From Bacteroidales bacterium (GTDB lineage Bacteria; Bacteroidota; Bacteroidia; Bacteroidales; G3-4614): a stretch of DNA of 50,900 nt. The position numbers and the translations under genes were made by a program. Below, one piece after another: positions 50,490 through 50,900 of the stretch. Where the stretch lies: assembly GCA_017416695.1 (NCBI GenBank), contig JAFQBL010000147.1, forward strand, positions 1 through 50,900. The letters run 5' to 3'. The notes beneath the pieces were generated by a model. That model was not told where the DNA came from. It saw only the letters and a program-made list of their open reading frames with translations, and made no database searches. Numbering within the stretch: the stretch's first letter is position 1; each line of letters starts with the position of its first letter.

Positions 50490-50900
50490 ATGAAAAAGAT
50501 TTCGATCAACTTAAAAATTAACAAAGGAGAGATTTTAAATGAACTAACACGACGTTCATCATATACAGCACTCTCGGTGTCGCCTGCTGTGGGCGAGGAT
50601 AACGGAATAGTAGATAAATTAGTATTGAGTAGTGATGACTATCCGTGGTGTAAAGATAAATTACGTATGATATTTTATAAACTACGGGATATTCTTTTAC
50701 CATTCTCTTCGGGAGATGATGAGTTTGCAGATGAAAACGAGACTGAGTTTAGTTTTAAAGTAACCATAGGAATGGGTTGTGAAGATTCGGTAATACACTA
50801 TATGAAAGAGATGATAACAACCTATCTGTTGTCGCAATGGTATTTAGATAAGTTAAATGAGAAAGCGGCATACCTGGCGATGCAGTGTGATGATATGAAA
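50490..50900 (+). CDS. Hypothetical protein, 3' end outside the window
   Basis: Not in the supplied track. ATG 50490 opens a frame that stays open to the window edge for 137 codons: MKKISINLKINKGEILNELTRRSSYTALSVSPAVGEDNGIVDKLVLSSDDYPWCKDKLRMIFYKLRDILLPF... Confidence 0.5.
   Translation, partial: MKKISINLKINKGEILNELTRRSSYTALSVSPAVGEDNGIVDKLVLSSDDYPWCKDKLRMIFYKLRDILLPFSSGDDEFADENETEFSFKVTIGMGCEDSVIHYMKEMITTYLLSQWYLDKLNEKAAYLAMQCDDMK

Overview
This is a Bacteroidota (Bacteroidales-like) chromosomal segment. Supporting traits are a fused SecDF, T9SS C-terminal sorting domains, a PorQ-like gene and TAnnTTTG -7 promoter boxes. Positions 1-11959 hold the conserved tuf(3' end)-tRNA-Trp-secE-nusG-rplKAJL-rpoBC block. 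Directly after rpoC lies the most unusual element. It is a 1.3-kb two-gene cassette encoding a HigA-type HTH protein with an extra C-terminal domain and an AbiEii-type nucleotidyltransferase. Perfect 82-bp direct repeats that duplicate the rpoC stop codon and terminator bracket it, and no recombinase is present. An accessory-looking block follows (13.4-23.8 kb). It carries a 2056-aa T9SS-sorted multi-repeat surface protein, a 657-aa lectin-like T9SS cargo and a Ser-type sulfatase. Next comes an aryl-pyruvate operon (omega-amidase-like, iorAB, aminotransferase, paaK, ACT). After that are housekeeping genes: leuS, an Ig-like lipoprotein, secDF, a 7TM-HD phosphohydrolase, relA/spoT, pfkA, ispH, a BspA-type LRR protein, porQ, cmk, a polyprenyl synthase and tatD. 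The window ends with tRNA-Pro(CGG) and two unrecognised ORFs. No CRISPR array, rRNA, IS element, integrase or transposase was seen. All calls rest on reading the translations and sequence by eye; no searches were run.
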